Positions 1 to 12,135 of a stretch of 64,000 nucleotides of DNA are shown here, in pieces. Origin of the DNA: Squalus acanthias. Its lineage: Eukaryota. The position numbers and the translations under genes are program-made. The notes beneath the pieces were generated by a model. It was not told the DNA's origin and ran no database searches. It worked only from the letters and a program-made list of their open reading frames with translations. Numbering within the stretch: position 1 is the first letter of the stretch; each line of letters starts with the position of its first letter. The DNA lies in the NCBI GenBank assembly GCA_030390025.1, contig CM059432.1, positions 54,624,001-54,688,000 of the forward strand, written 5' to 3'.

Positions 1-863
1 TCCAGTGCAGACAGTGGTTGGATGTCAGCTTGTCCCCCGCCTGTGCGCTCCTGCTCCCTCCTGTTGTGAGCCACCTTGGCCTGCAAGAGAAATTAAAGTG
101 TGTGAGTGAGTATGGAGCAATGTGTTTGGGTGATGAGCCTGCCATAGTTGAATAGCTGTCATTGTATGTGAGGAGTGAGATGTGGGTGTGAGTGTTGGTA
201 GGTAGAGATTGTTGGTGGTGCTTTGGGCAGTGTGTGAAGACTGTGGTTCAGATGGTGGTATGTTGCATTTGTTGAAGCATTCACTCAACCTGACCACACA
301 AGCGAGGTCATTAAATTTCTTCCTGCACTGTGTGTGGGCCTTGGGGACCACAGTGCTGCCCTAGATGTGCTGCGCTACCTCCCTCCACATGGTGCGGAAG
401 ACTTGAGGCGAGGGCCTCCTGCCACTTGCCGGGTAGAGCACCACACTCCATCTCTCCACAGCGAACACCAGCTTGATCGCTGAATCTGTGGCTCTCTCCC
501 TGGGGCATGGATCTGCCAGAGTACAGCTGCTTCATTCCTCCGGCTACTTCTCCTTGACCTGCTGTTGCTTGCTGAGGCAGCTGCACAGCCAGCAATGCTG
601 AGAATGAGGTTCTGCAGCATCAATGAACCTCCCCTTTAAGAACTGGAAAAAGCCTGTGGCAATAATGACTTGCGATTAGACTGCACCTGATATTGGTCCA
701 CCTTTTGAGATTGGGCTTAAAGACTTGAATTAGTGCTCCAATCATTTCTTTGAGCAGTGAGAATGAATTTTGCATGCAGTCTAAAGCATTAGCGCCTCGC
801 GCTAATTCTTCAACTTTTCTAATTATACTGCCCATTCCTGGGCTATAATGAATTTCTAGCCCC
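1..863 (-). mobile_element. PIF/Harbinger DNA transposon end with decayed Myb/SANT-like gene (runs off the window edge)
   Basis: Minus-strand peptide 'HTQCRKKFNDL' (Myb/SANT-like helix); terminus gaatttctagcccc at 850-863 matches the GGGCTAGAAATT TIRs elsewhere in the window. Confidence 0.75.
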
Positions 864-1744
864 TTGTTTCTCCTTTCTAATGCTACATCCTGGTGCCCAT
901 GAATGTGACTGATTTTTTTTTAACAGAGTAATTGATGCATAAGGTACCCCCACCATATGTCCCTCTCTCTCTCTCTCTCATCTAAAGCAACAACTACCAA
1001 GGTATTAGCCTATGGAACCTGAACAAAACTCACCAAGTCTCCCTTACCGCAACAAGGGGGCTGCCCCCATTCAAAGTAGTATCCACAACATGGTTAGGAC
1101 TGGAAACCTCCTTTTAGCCAAGGTAAGGCCTGTTTTTTTATATGCAGAGTTAGCAGTAGTGCAAGTGGGTTTAGTTATATTCCCAAAAATTGAATTTTTC
1201 CCTTATGTAGAAATTTAAAAAGAGAACATAGACTCGCTATAAATTACTGCAGTTCTAGAAAATAATGGATTTGGTTATGTGCATATTTTACTTAAATGTC
1301 AGCTGCTAGGTTAAATTTTTATAGCTATGAGGAAGGCCAGTAATGAGAATAGTTCTTGTTTGAAGTAAATAATCTGAAGGTTATTGTTTGCTTTCTTTGA
1401 ATGTCTCCAATTTTAATGCAGCATTGGGATTAATCATGCAAATCAGATCAACCGAATCAAGAATTAGATGCTGTAAATGAACCGATCTCTGATAACGTGT
1501 GTGACTTCTGTTAATTGTTTCTATCTATGTGAAACATCCATGGGGTATTAATATGATGGGTTTTGAAAGATAAACTATGAAACTTTTATGATTTTTTTTA
1601 GTTTATATTATACTATTCACAAACAATTTTTAGGAAGCGTGGGGGGGATATTTTGCTTGTTAATGTGAGGTATGTTAGAGAATAGAACATCTTTGTACTT
1701 TTTCCTCAAAAGTACTACCTAGCTGTATTTGCAAACCCTTTACA

Positions 1745-2157
1745 GGGTCAGCTTGCCTCAGTTGGTAACAGCCTCATCTCTGAGTCATACAGTTATGATT
1801 TAAGCCATACTCCAGGATTTGAGTATATATTCTGGACTAGCATTCCAGTGCAGTACTGAGGAAGTGCTGCATTGTCAGAGGTGCTGTCTTTTGGCAGAGA
1901 CATTAGCTTGTTCAGGTGGACATAAAAAATCCCTCAATGTCCTGATCAACATTGCTTCCTGAACCAACATCACCAAAAGCAGATTAATTGGTTGTTCTCA
2001 TCTCATTTGCTGTTTGTGGTATCTTGCTGTGTGCAAATTGGCTGCATGTCTACCAATGTAACAACAGTGATTATCTTTCAATAGTGATTCATTGGATGTC
2101 AAGTGCTTTGTCATGTACTGAGAACACAATAAGTGCTATATAAATGTCCTTTCTTTA
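1745..2157 (+). mobile_element. tRNA-derived SINE with Deu-like central domain and L2-like tail
   Basis: tRNA-like head (ctcagttggtaacagcctcatctctgagtca), core 'ccagtgcagtactgaggaagtgctgcattgtcagaggtgctgtcttt', tail 'aagtgctatataaatg...ttcttt'. Confidence 0.65.
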
Positions 2158-2469
2158 CTCTGTCCCACAATCATATACTTACAGAGCCTTTCATCTGGTC
2201 AGGGTTCAATCCAGCCTCCAAACTGAATGAGAAGAACTCTAAACCACTGCATTACTCAGTTCTGTAACAACATACTGTTAAATTTAGAAATATAGAATAT
2301 CAGCTAGCTAACAGTTAATTAGAATATTGTAATTACATTGAGGAGCATGTGGTTCAAGCAGTTGATGAACATCAGCAGAACCCACTTTTAACTTATACCA
2401 TTTAACTCGCAGCTCAATATTTGTTACTATAAACTACTATAAGTGTTATGGATAATGACCCAATAATGT

Positions 2470-2630
2470 TTTTGTTTTGGTGGCCTTGGATGAGGGATAA
2501 ATGTTGGCCAATACATGGGAGAACTCCCCTGCTCTTCATTGAATAGCACCCTGGAATCGTTACATGTACCTGAGAGGGTAGACGGGGCCTCAGTTTAACA
2601 TCACATCTGAAAGACAGCACCTCTCCTCTA
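2470..2630 (-). mobile_element. Deu-like SINE core fragment
   Basis: Reverse complement 'gaggtgctgtctttcagatgtgatgttaaactgaggccccgtct' is homologous to the SINEs at 1745 and 46697. Confidence 0.55.
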
Positions 2631-3409
2631 AGTAGGACGCATGCAGCAGGCACACGCTAAACTTCGTTTTTGATTAAAAGAAATCTACCTTCCATATATC
2701 TAACTGCAATGGGTCAGGTATATCTTAGTGTAATCTTTACTTAAATGTAGCTGCTGCAGCAATGACCTGGGGAGGAAATAACTACTTTAATTTTATTGCA
2801 CTGTCTGAGGTCATTACATCTGTAACACACTGATTATATTGTAATACAAAGGCATATAGGGCTAGAAATTGGGCTCCTTTGGGCCTCCTGTTGGTGCCTC
2901 CGGGGGGCGCTAATAGGGTGCAAATGGGTTGGCGACCGGGCGCAGCGATATCAACGCCTCCCGCTAAATTCGGCGGGTGTTTTGCGGCGTTGCGCCCTGA
3001 TCTCCTGCGCCCAGAATCGTGACCTCATTGCCGTCTGCAGCGTCCCGGATGAAAAATTCCCTCTCGCCCCCTGCTTGTGCGCCTGCCGTTAACAACGACA
3101 GGTAGAGGAGGCGGCTTTCAGTCAGATGTCCGCTGGAGGAGCGCTATTTAAAGGCGTCCACATCCGGTTTAGTTTTCATCGGCCAACAATACTGCTTTGT
3201 TAGTTTCACATAGGCAAAGAGGCCTTTTGACCGATTTCAGCGTTTTGCATTTGAACGAGTGTTCTGGCACATAAAGATTCTTCAGTTTCATTGAGGGGAG
3301 ATTTGAAAGTGCAATATTTGTATCCTTTCATGGGGCTATACTGGCACTGGACCTCACCCTCCAGCATCAATGTCTGAGGCAGAGACAGAGATTTGAAAAT
3401 GTGGCCAGA

Positions 3410-4468
3410 GGGAGGAGGGCCAACAGGGCTCTCAACAGGAGGTCTTAACCACCCAGGGTATTCCGGCAGCACTTCTCCGACATAAATTTAACTGAGGAGC
3501 AGTGTCTTAGAAGGCTCCACTTCAACAAGGAGGTGGTCACAGAGCTCTGCCACCTCCTGCAGCCAGACCTCAAGCCTCAGATCAGGACCACCATGGCTCT
3601 CTCAGTGGCAGTCAAGGTCACCGTCGCCCTCAATTTCTATGGCAGTGGATCATTCCAGTGTGCGACAGGCGACATCTCCAACATCTCCCAGTTTGCCGTC
3701 CATTGCTCCACCCGCGAGGTCACAGATGCCATGTACAGAAGGAGAAGGGACTACATTTCCTTCCCCATGACCAGAGAGAAGCAGGACGAACGTGCATGTG
3801 GCTTTGCCAGGATAGTGGGCTTCCCCATGGTGCAGGGGAACAATCCTGAGGTATTCTGTAACCACAAAGGCTACCACTCACTTAATGTGCAGTTAGTGTG
3901 CGACCACACACGGCGAATCCTCACCACCAATGCCCGTTATCCTGGCAGCAGCCACGATGCCTTCATCCTGCGCCAGGCTGGTGTGCCAGATCTATTCCAT
4001 CCACCGCATCAAGCTTGTGGCTGGCTGCTGGGAGACAAGGGCTATCCGCTCTCCACCTGGCTCATGACTCCCCTCCGCAACCCCAACACTCCTGCCCAGC
4101 ATTCATATAATGAGAGCCATGCTGCCACCAGGAACATCATTGAGCAGACCATCGGAGTGCTCAAGCAACGGTTCCGCTGCCTTGACCGCTCGGGAGGAGC
4201 CCTCCAGTACTTGGCTGAGCGGGTGTCACCATTTGTCGTCGTCTGCTGCATGCTGCACAACTTGGCCATTATGAGGGCGCAGCCATTGCCACCAGGCATT
4301 CTGCACCACCTCAGGAGGAGGAGGATGAGGACGAGGACGGAGAGGAGCAGGAGGAATAGGAGGACGAACAGCAGCGATGGAGGAGGCAGCCACTCAATCG
4401 GCGTTCTGCAAGGTTGGTCTGTGACCGCCTCGTTTCCAGTGACTTCGAGTCCTCTTTCCAGTTGCTGA
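3410..4468 (+). pseudogene. Harbinger DDE transposase (HARBI1-like, DDE_Tnp_4) pseudogene
   Basis: Motifs ALNFYGSGSFQ, KGYHSLNVQLVCD, YPGSSHDAFIL, LLGDKGY, IEQTIGVLKQRFRCLD, CCMLHN. The first catalytic 'IDCTH' segment present in other copies is deleted; upstream stop and 3' frameshift. Confidence 0.9.
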
Positions 4469-4599
4469 GCACGTCACCATCATTCCATCACTTTGTGATT
4501 CCACACCACACCCCAGAACTGAAATGAGACACAGCACCAAATCTGCAACATTCCAGTAATAAACATATCAAAAACCATTAGCCACATAAATACAACAAT

Positions 4600-5300
4600 A
4601 TTGACTAATCACCCTTGTGCAAACCCTTACTTCCCCTCTTTACAGTGCCTTTTCCTAATCTACTGCTCCTACGTAGTCTGTCCCCAGTGGCTGCAGCAGG
4701 GCTGGTGGAAGGCTGCTGAGTGTCGGTGCCAGAGACTACAGATGGCCTTGCAGGGCACCCTCGACCAGCTCTGGGTCTGGAAGACCTGACTGTACACTGT
4801 ACCACCTCAGGCTGGGCGGCGGCAGTCTGGGCTGGCTGGATGACAAGGGCAATGGCGGAAAAGCAGTGGTGGGATCAGGAATGCTGTCATCCTGAGAGAG
4901 GACAGAAGGTTCCTGCTCCACTGACCCACTCCCACTCCCCCGGGACAACACCTCAGCATCCCTACCAACCTGCTGGAGCACAGATTGCTGGCCTGGTGCA
5001 ACACCGTGAGACCCCCCGGTGGACTGTGGTGGACCCAGCGATGATGGCAGCAGTCAGAGCTTTTGTGGCATCAAGCTGAGACTGCATGAGAGCAGTCTGA
5101 GACTCGATGGCAGCAACCATTAACTGCATTACAGCACTAAGACTTTGCGTCGCTTCCGCCTGTGCTGCAATGGAAGCTGCCACATCACCCGACACACGTC
5201 ATGAGGTCTGGATCCACACGGTCTCTCTGGGAGTCCACTATCCTCTGCACAGTGGAAATGATGGGCTCCATGGTGTGCGCAGAGCTCTGTGCAATGTTGG
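4600..5300 (-). pseudogene. 3' part of the Harbinger second (Myb/SANT) gene, Ala/Gln-rich coiled-coil-like region
   Basis: ORF 4962-5195 'AIAAQAEATQSLSAVMQ...' is homologous to 42700-43160; convergent with the transposase as expected. Confidence 0.55.
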
Positions 5301-5404
5301 AGGCAGACTCCTTCACCTTCAAAATTTCAAAAGTTAGCGCTCCAAACGGGGCAAAACCCAATTTCATCCCCGAAAACTTTACTGCTGGCTATTTAGTCAG
5401 TGCT

Positions 5405-5810
5405 GATTCTACTACTACTACTATTGCTATTAGTACTACAAGAAGAAGAACAACAACAGCAAGAACAACAACCATTTATATAACACATTTAATGTGGAAA
5501 AATGTCCAAAGGCGCTTCAAGGTTCTGCAATCTGACAAAAATGGATGCCAATCAAAGAAGGAGATATTGGAAGGGCTAACCAAAAGCTTGATCAAAGAAA
5601 TGGGTTTTAAGAAAGGCCTTAAATGAAAAGAGCAAGGTGGAGTAAATGAGAGGTTTAGGGAGGGAATTCCAGAGCATGAAGCCTAGACAGCTGAAGGATC
5701 GGCCACCAATGGCAGGACAAAAGGAGTGGGAGGATGCACAAAAGGCCAGAGTTAGAGGAACACAGAACTATCTGAGGGTTGTGGAGTTGGGGGAAGTTAC
5801 AGAGATAGGA
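5405..5810 (-). mobile_element. L2-like LINE 3' end with microsatellite tail
   Basis: 'catttatataacacatttaatg...aaggcgcttc' resembles an L2-type 3' terminus, next to (act)n/(aca)n repeats. Confidence 0.5.
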
Positions 5811-6940
5811 AATCAAGTACGGGGACTCCTTAGTCCAGAAGTAATACTGAAGACCAGTACACTAAGAGAGATGAGGCATATTGGCCTCCAGATTGGTGGA
5901 CACGGGGGGGCTACTATCAGGGGGCAAGGGGGGGATCCAAATCAAAGAAGTGACCTGGAACCCGAAAGATGACAGAATTTTTTTTTTTTAAGTGGGATCA
6001 GACCCCTTCAACTGAGGGCCAAGGGGATGCTCCATAGGGTCAAGGGAGAGGCCTTGGCAACCCCCCAAGCCAAGGCAGCCAAGTGCCAGATTTCCTGGCT
6101 GAATGGGACAAGTGGGTGTTAAAGACACCCCCCAGTAGTGTGTTTGCCCATTTAGCCCACGCCAATTAGGTGCCCTCCTGCTAACTCTGCAAACTCCGTA
6201 TTTTCAGGGCTATTATTTTCAAAGAAACGGCTTAAACTTCAAAGAAGAAAGTGTCAGCATGGATTTTACAAATTGGCACCCCCAATTTTCTTCTATTAAT
6301 TTGAATGGGCATAGGAATTGCTCGATGAAAAAGGACCACGGTCCATCTAGTTTGCCTTCTACCATTCTGGTATGAATCAATACTACCTGCTTCTACAGTC
6401 TCCCTCGGGAGTCTGGTCCATAGCTTGACATATGGGGTGTGGTGACCTCTATGCCTGAAATCTTGATAAGCACTCCTGTCACGTAAAAATCCATGCTAAT
6501 TCTAAAATATTCTAGATTGTTCAAGAATAATTCGATATTCACCAGTTCTATTATTGTGCAAGAACACAGGTTGAGGGTAACAAGAATCTGTAAGCAACAC
6601 TTAAGTATTAATCACCAATGTGCATCAGTTTCTGGGACATTAGGGAAAGATAAAGAGGCAGATTTGTTTGATATTTAGTGCATACGTTTCCCAAATGGAC
6701 AAAGCTCATTTACCTAAGAGCCCCAAGTATATGCAGTGGTACTGCAACCAGCTAAAACCAGTTTACTAGAGCAGAGCATTGGTAAGGATCCCACTGCTTA
6801 TCTAACTGGGACTACCCTATCTATTAGGTCATTGGCTTTGGGCTAATGAGAAGAATTCTAATGCTTTGTAAAAGATTTTCCCCTCCAGGACCCATCAATA
6901 GGCCAGGCTGGCTAATCAATCATCCATGGCAACCTGGAGT

Positions 6941-7170
6941 ACAAAATTGAGAGGTCGCACAACACCAGGTTATAGTCCAACAGTTTTATTTGAAATCACA
7001 AGCTTTCGGAGCTATCGATCGCCCCTTCCTCAGGTGACTTCACTTGAGGAAGGGGCGATCGATAGCTCCGAAAGCTTGTGATTTCAAATAAAACTGTTGG
7101 ACTATAACCTGGTGTTGTGCGACCTCTCAATTTTGTCCACCCCAGTCCAACACCGGCATCTCCGCATCAT
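6941..7170. mobile_element. Penelope-like element, foldback (inverted pLTR) insertion with ~10-12 bp TSD
   Basis: 97-bp inverted arms (6941-7037 and 7040-7136, one mismatch) plus 34-bp tail; direct repeat aacctggagt(ac) at 6931 and 7171. Confidence 0.75.
6996..7037 (-). ncRNA. Putative minimal type I hammerhead ribozyme
   Basis: Minus strand UCAC-CUGAGGA-A-GGGGC[gaucgaua]GCUCC-GAAA-GCUU-GUGA; the plus-arm copy has C>T in the CUGA box. Confidence 0.55.
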
Positions 7171-7317
7171 AACCTGGAGTACTACAGTCCTGCCTAACTC
7201 AGGTATCAGATTACCAAATCTACCACAGCATATCTACTCAGTTCCAATCTCACAATGCTAGGCATATCATCACAAAATCATTTTAACCCAAGAGACCACA
7301 TTTCCTTTCTCCAAGAT

Positions 7318-8020
7318 GCGGTGGTGGTGGAGGGAGTGAGTGTTTAAGGTGGTGGATGGGGTGCCAATCAAGCGGGCTGCTTTGTCCTGGATGGTGTCGA
7401 GCTTCTTGAGTGTTGTTGGAGCTGCACTCATCCAGGCAAGTGGAGAGTATTCCATCACACTCCAGACTTGTGCCTTGTAGATGGTAGAAAGGCTTTGGGG
7501 AGTCAGGAGGTGAGTCACTCACTGCAGTATACCCAGCCTCTGACCTGCTCTTGTAGCCACAGTATTTATGTGGCTGGTCCAGTTAAGTTTCTGGTCAATG
7601 GTGACCCCCAGGAATTTGATGCTGTGGGATTCAGCAATGGTAATCCCATTGAATGTCAAGGGGAGCTGGCTAGACTCTCTCTTGTTGGAGATGGTCATTC
7701 CCTGGCACTTGTGTGGCGCAAATGTTATCTGCCACTTATCAGCCCAAGCCTGAATGTCATCCAGGTCTTGCTGCATACGGGCATGGACGGCTTCATTAGC
7801 TGAGGAGTTGCAAATGGAACTGAACACTGTGCAATCATCAGTGAACTTCCCCACTTCTGACCTTATGATGGAGGAAAGGTCATTGATGAAGCAGCTGAAG
7901 ATGGTTGGGCCTAGGACACTGCCCTGAGGAACTCCTGCAGCAATGTCCTGGGGCTGAGATGATTGACCTCCAACAACCACAACCATCTTCCTTTGTTCTA
8001 GGTATGACTTCAGCCAGTGG
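7318..8020 (-). mobile_element. Non-LTR retrotransposon RT fragment (CR1/Jockey group, distinct from the main CR1 families)
   Basis: [20 protein letters not shown]...FTDD, WADKWQITFAPHKC, LDTIQDKAARLIG; related fragments near 16165-16690 and 39445-39780. Confidence 0.85.
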
Positions 8021-8021
8021 A

Positions 8022-8982
8022 GTTTCGAAGAGCAATCCAGTTAGTCCCACTCCCCCACTCTTTCCCCATATCCCTGCAATTTTTTCAAGTATTTATCCAA
8101 TACTATTTTGAAGGCTACTATTGAATCTGTATCCACCACCCTATCAGGCAGTGCTTTCCAAATCCTAACCACTCGTAAAATAGTTTTTCCTCATGTCGCC
8201 TCTGGTTCTTTTGTGAATCACTTTAAATCTGTGCCCTCTCGTTATCGACCCTTCAGCCATTGGAAACAGTTTGGGCTGGATTTTGATACTGGGGCGGGTT
8301 GGGGTCGTGTCATCCACTTTTCGTGTTATCCACCCGACTGCAATTGGATGTGGGAGATTGATGCGATTTTCACCTAATTGGGCAATTAGTGTGTGGGAAC
8401 CCATGACCCAATTAGTGTTTTCAGTCTGAAAGTTGCCTCTGATGATGTCATCATTGCTGCTGCATTGAAGGTCTGCAAAGACTGCCTGGCCTTTGCTGTG
8501 AGAGGACCTGGATGCAAAATGAGCATCAGCAGCCCTAAGTCTGCTCCCAGATATTTTTGCACCACTACTCCCAGATATGTCTCCCATCCACTACCACTCC
8601 CAGCCAGTCAGCCAGCCATAGTCAGGTATCCAAATGTGCTCCCGCCAGGTTTCACATTCATGGTTCAGAACAAGCATGCTACACGTAGAAAAAGGGTTAA
8701 AATCACAAAGGCCTTTCAAAATGGCATTATAGAGGCAATTTAGTGCTTGTTAAGGGCCTTAATAGCCTATCCTGCCTCTTAGAGGCGGGACGGAGTCGGG
8801 ACCAGCAGACACGATTTAATGAAAATTGCGTGGAGGTGGGATGGAGGCGGGCTTGTGCCCGCCCACCAGTTTTTCGCAATTTTAACCCCCCACACGCCTC
8901 CAAACCCACCTCACGGGTCAATGAAAATCCAGCCCTTTCTCTTTATTTACTCTATCTAAATCCTTCATGATTTTTAAACACA
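8022..8982 (-). mobile_element. CR1 LINE 3' fragment interrupted by a MITE
   Basis: 'LFPMAEGSITRGHRFKVI...DMRKN' on -; sequence resumes after 8935. Confidence 0.8.
8273..8935. mobile_element. Harbinger-type MITE (same family as 33756-34430, opposite orientation)
   Basis: TIR gggctggatttt / aaaatccagccc; 3-bp TSD TTT. Confidence 0.9.
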
Positions 8983-10331
8983 TCTTCCTCCCCAAAGGTG
9001 GCCAACATGGAAGAGGAAAAGCAACAAAAAGGAAAATAAAACCTGAGTTAACAATTACTGTCCGCTCTTTTCCTCCTCCCCCTCCAAAAAATCGTATTAA
9101 CCAAGCTTCTTTTAGCACTCAACATCTGCAAAAAGGATACTTAACAAAATGTTATATAGATCTGTTGTGCAGATAGATGTAATTTAATCAAAGAAAATAA
9201 CAAAACACACTAACTGTTCAGTTTTCTCCAAAACACTTAAAATAGCTGAGAAGAATGTGGCCTGAGTGCTGTTGGAAAATGTATAAATAGAAATGATACA
9301 TAATTTTTTATTCAAAAATAAATCATTGAGAGTTATGCTACTCACTATCACAAATCATTTATTCTCTTTGCACCATTTTTTAAATCAGGTATTGATGTGT
9401 TTGTTTTTCCTACATATATAAAACATTAAGACAATTAATTGTGACCCATTTCAAGCACATTTGCCAGTGCAGACGTTGTATCCAATTAAGCAGTGTCTGG
9501 TAGTTAGCATCAGGGCCTCATATTTCAAGCAATGGCACACGTTAGCCACAAACTACTGGTCATAAGTCATTGTAGGAACAAGCCAAACACACTGTATAAT
9601 GAGGACTTCCTCACAGCTGAGTGCTGTCATACACAAAGGGAAAACATTCTGAGCTTCCAGCAAATATAGCTGCTTGTCTTAATTACCTGTCAACAGTCCA
9701 GCTTATGCTCCATTAATCCAGGACACTTTTTTAAATATACACATAACACTCCTCCAATATCTAGTGCATAACACTAATTAGGTTTCATGCTTATCAAGGC
9801 AATGGATGTCAGTGCTGAAAAATGGCACTTTTTTAATACTTTTGCAGCCCACATCAGCATTGTGCATTCCTCGGTCAGTCGTACTATGGACTAGATGCAG
9901 AGTTAAGTTTCCTCTATGCTTCCCAGTTATGCATCTTACTCCCAAACACATAAAAGCACGGTATTTTTCCTTTATGGCATGGCAGAAAGTACATCAGAGG
10001 TTTGCTTACACCAACCAACAACAGTAATGTCCTTAGCAAGCCAGTTAATTGAGGCATGAGCTAGAAAGACAGCACTGGATGTACATCAGTTAAAGCAAGG
10101 TCAATAGTGGTTCTACCAGCAGTCAGGGGAGGAAAATGGAGCAAGGATGGAAAAGAATCAGAGGTATTGGTTAACTCAGGCACCAAGTACTGTAATACAT
10201 CCCTACTCAAATGAACATTGCTTTATTTAAAATAAAATTGGAACAAAACTTAATACTATTTCCCAAATAAAGTGTATGGGTGGACGGTTGAAAAATTATG
10301 TAAAACAGTCTAACAAAAAGAAGCTGACATA

Positions 10332-12135
10332 TGTAGGGGGTGGTGTGGTAGGGTCAGCTTCACCTCTGACTCAGTGAGCGGTTCGAATCGCTCCCACGCC
10401 CCTGGTTCTAGACCTTGGACTTATTTCGGGGTTGTGAACAAAGATGCAGTAGACAACAGATTTTGATGAAAGAGTTTTGACTTTTATTAAAGAAAAAGGT
10501 AACATACTTAAAACACACTTAATGCTTAAACACAGGTTGGGGAACACACGGTACAGGCGAGGGAGAATTACAATATACAAAAACCCTTATCCCTCCCAAT
10601 CCCACTGCCTAGCTAGGTTTAATTCCCAGAGGATCAGGGATAATGCTCACCAATTGACAGTTCTTGACAGTTGAGGTATTTCGCGATTTCGGGGTTCACT
10701 GAGGTTTTTGGTTGTTGGGGCCTGCCGTACCCCGGACGTGGTAGAAGACTCCAGCTGCACTCCAGGTCAGTTTGGGTCTGTCCGCAGATGCGGTAAGGTG
10801 CGTATTGGATTCTATCAGGTGAGTACCCGATTTTTCTTCCTTAGAGGTTGGGTTTAGAGTTTTTTAAGGGAAAATCTTACCCAGGGGTAAGTCAGGAATA
10901 GTTTGTAGCGTGGAAACTTGCGTGTCTTCGGGTTTTCCTGGTGTTGGTCTTCCGGTGTCGCCTGGTGGTTGGTTGCTGCGCGGTTTCCGCGGTACTTTCA
11001 AGTGTCGGTCTATCTCGTGGAGCCCTTGGCGGCTCTTGTTGTTGGTTCGTTGCGTTGGAGGCCTGTCGGGGCGCTACCTCCTGGAGCTGGACCGTGGGTT
11101 GAGCGATGCCGACTCGCTCCCAGCTTCCAGTGACCTTTGCTAGTATCTGCTAGAGCTGGACCGTATACTGAGCGATGCCGACTCGCTCCCAGCTCGTGGT
11201 CTCAGTTCTAGCCCTTGCCTGGCCTTGTCTGTCCTTGCCTCCGATCTCGCCTCGGGTCTGCCTGCCTCGTGGCCTAGCTGCTTGTCTCTCCTCCTGCTCG
11301 TGTCGTGTGACTCACCCGTCTGTGCAACTCGCTGCTTCTTGGGGGATTAGGCCATCAATTATACTGTTTAGGCCTATTGTGTTTTTCGCGCCAGAACTGC
11401 TTTACTAAATCGGTTTCTCATTGAAGTGATTTAGGTTTCAGTTGAGGCCTGTTTATTCTATTGTCTTAGGTTTTGGCGGGCTCATTAAGTCTGATGACTT
11501 TAACTTTGTGTTAACTTGTCCTGATGGCTTCCGATGTCTGCCATTTAGACAGGGCCTTTATCTACGCGCCAAATCTCGCTCCTTTTGTCTTAGGTTTTTG
11601 GTGGGCTCATTAACCTGTTCCTGTAGATACTTGGCTAATCGGTTTTTGATGGGATGATGGGCTATGAAGCTGTGTACTGGAAGTTTTATTGTTAGGGATT
11701 GTTTTCAGACTTCCAGCATTCTGTCTGGACCTGGGGATTTCAAAAGGGTCTTGGTTTATTCATTTTTGAATGTGTTTGTGAGGTTTTGGATGAGGCTCTT
11801 CCTCCTTGGCTGGATTGCAGTGCAAACATCTCCCAGACAGCTTGGCTTGGTCCCAATACCCAAAAGCTGTCCACTGCCTCACCACACCCTTTCCCCGCAG
11901 CCTGTCTTGTTTCTGTGACTGCAGGTTTTCCCAATGGCCCTTTTAAAGGTATAGTATTATCCAAAGTCATTTTCCTCAGGGTTTTTCTTCCCTGATCCTT
12001 AAAAATGTCCAAAACTGAGGTTTTGACCTCAAATTCCTTCATTTAGGTCCCATCATTCCAAATTCGTGTTAAGATCCAAAACTCACCCCTTTTAGGGTTC
12101 TATTCGAGTTTATGGGGGATTTTGCAAAGCCTACA
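10332..12135 (-). mobile_element. Solo LTR (~1.8 kb) of an LTR retrotransposon or ERV (LTR-A)
   Basis: tgtagg...cctaca termini; 4-bp TSD CATA (10328-31, 12136-39); minus-strand TATAAT near 11360 and AATAAA at 10483-88; shares motifs with LTR-B and LTR-C. Confidence 0.85.

Larger units (their letters stand above)
2859..5371 (+). mobile_element. PIF/Harbinger transposon, internally deleted
   Basis: Left TIR gggctagaaattggg at 2859; right end cccaatttcatcccc at 5357-5371; transposase on + and convergent second-gene remnant on -. TSDs do not match, so it may be composite. Confidence 0.75.

Noticed and set aside
3533..4468. Host HARBI1 gene
   Set aside because: TIR-flanked, multi-copy, missing the IDCTH catalytic segment and frameshifted: a transposon relic, not the domesticated gene
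10332..10405. True tRNA gene
   Set aside because: No convincing D-arm or anticodon arm, and it lies at a TSD-bounded LTR terminus
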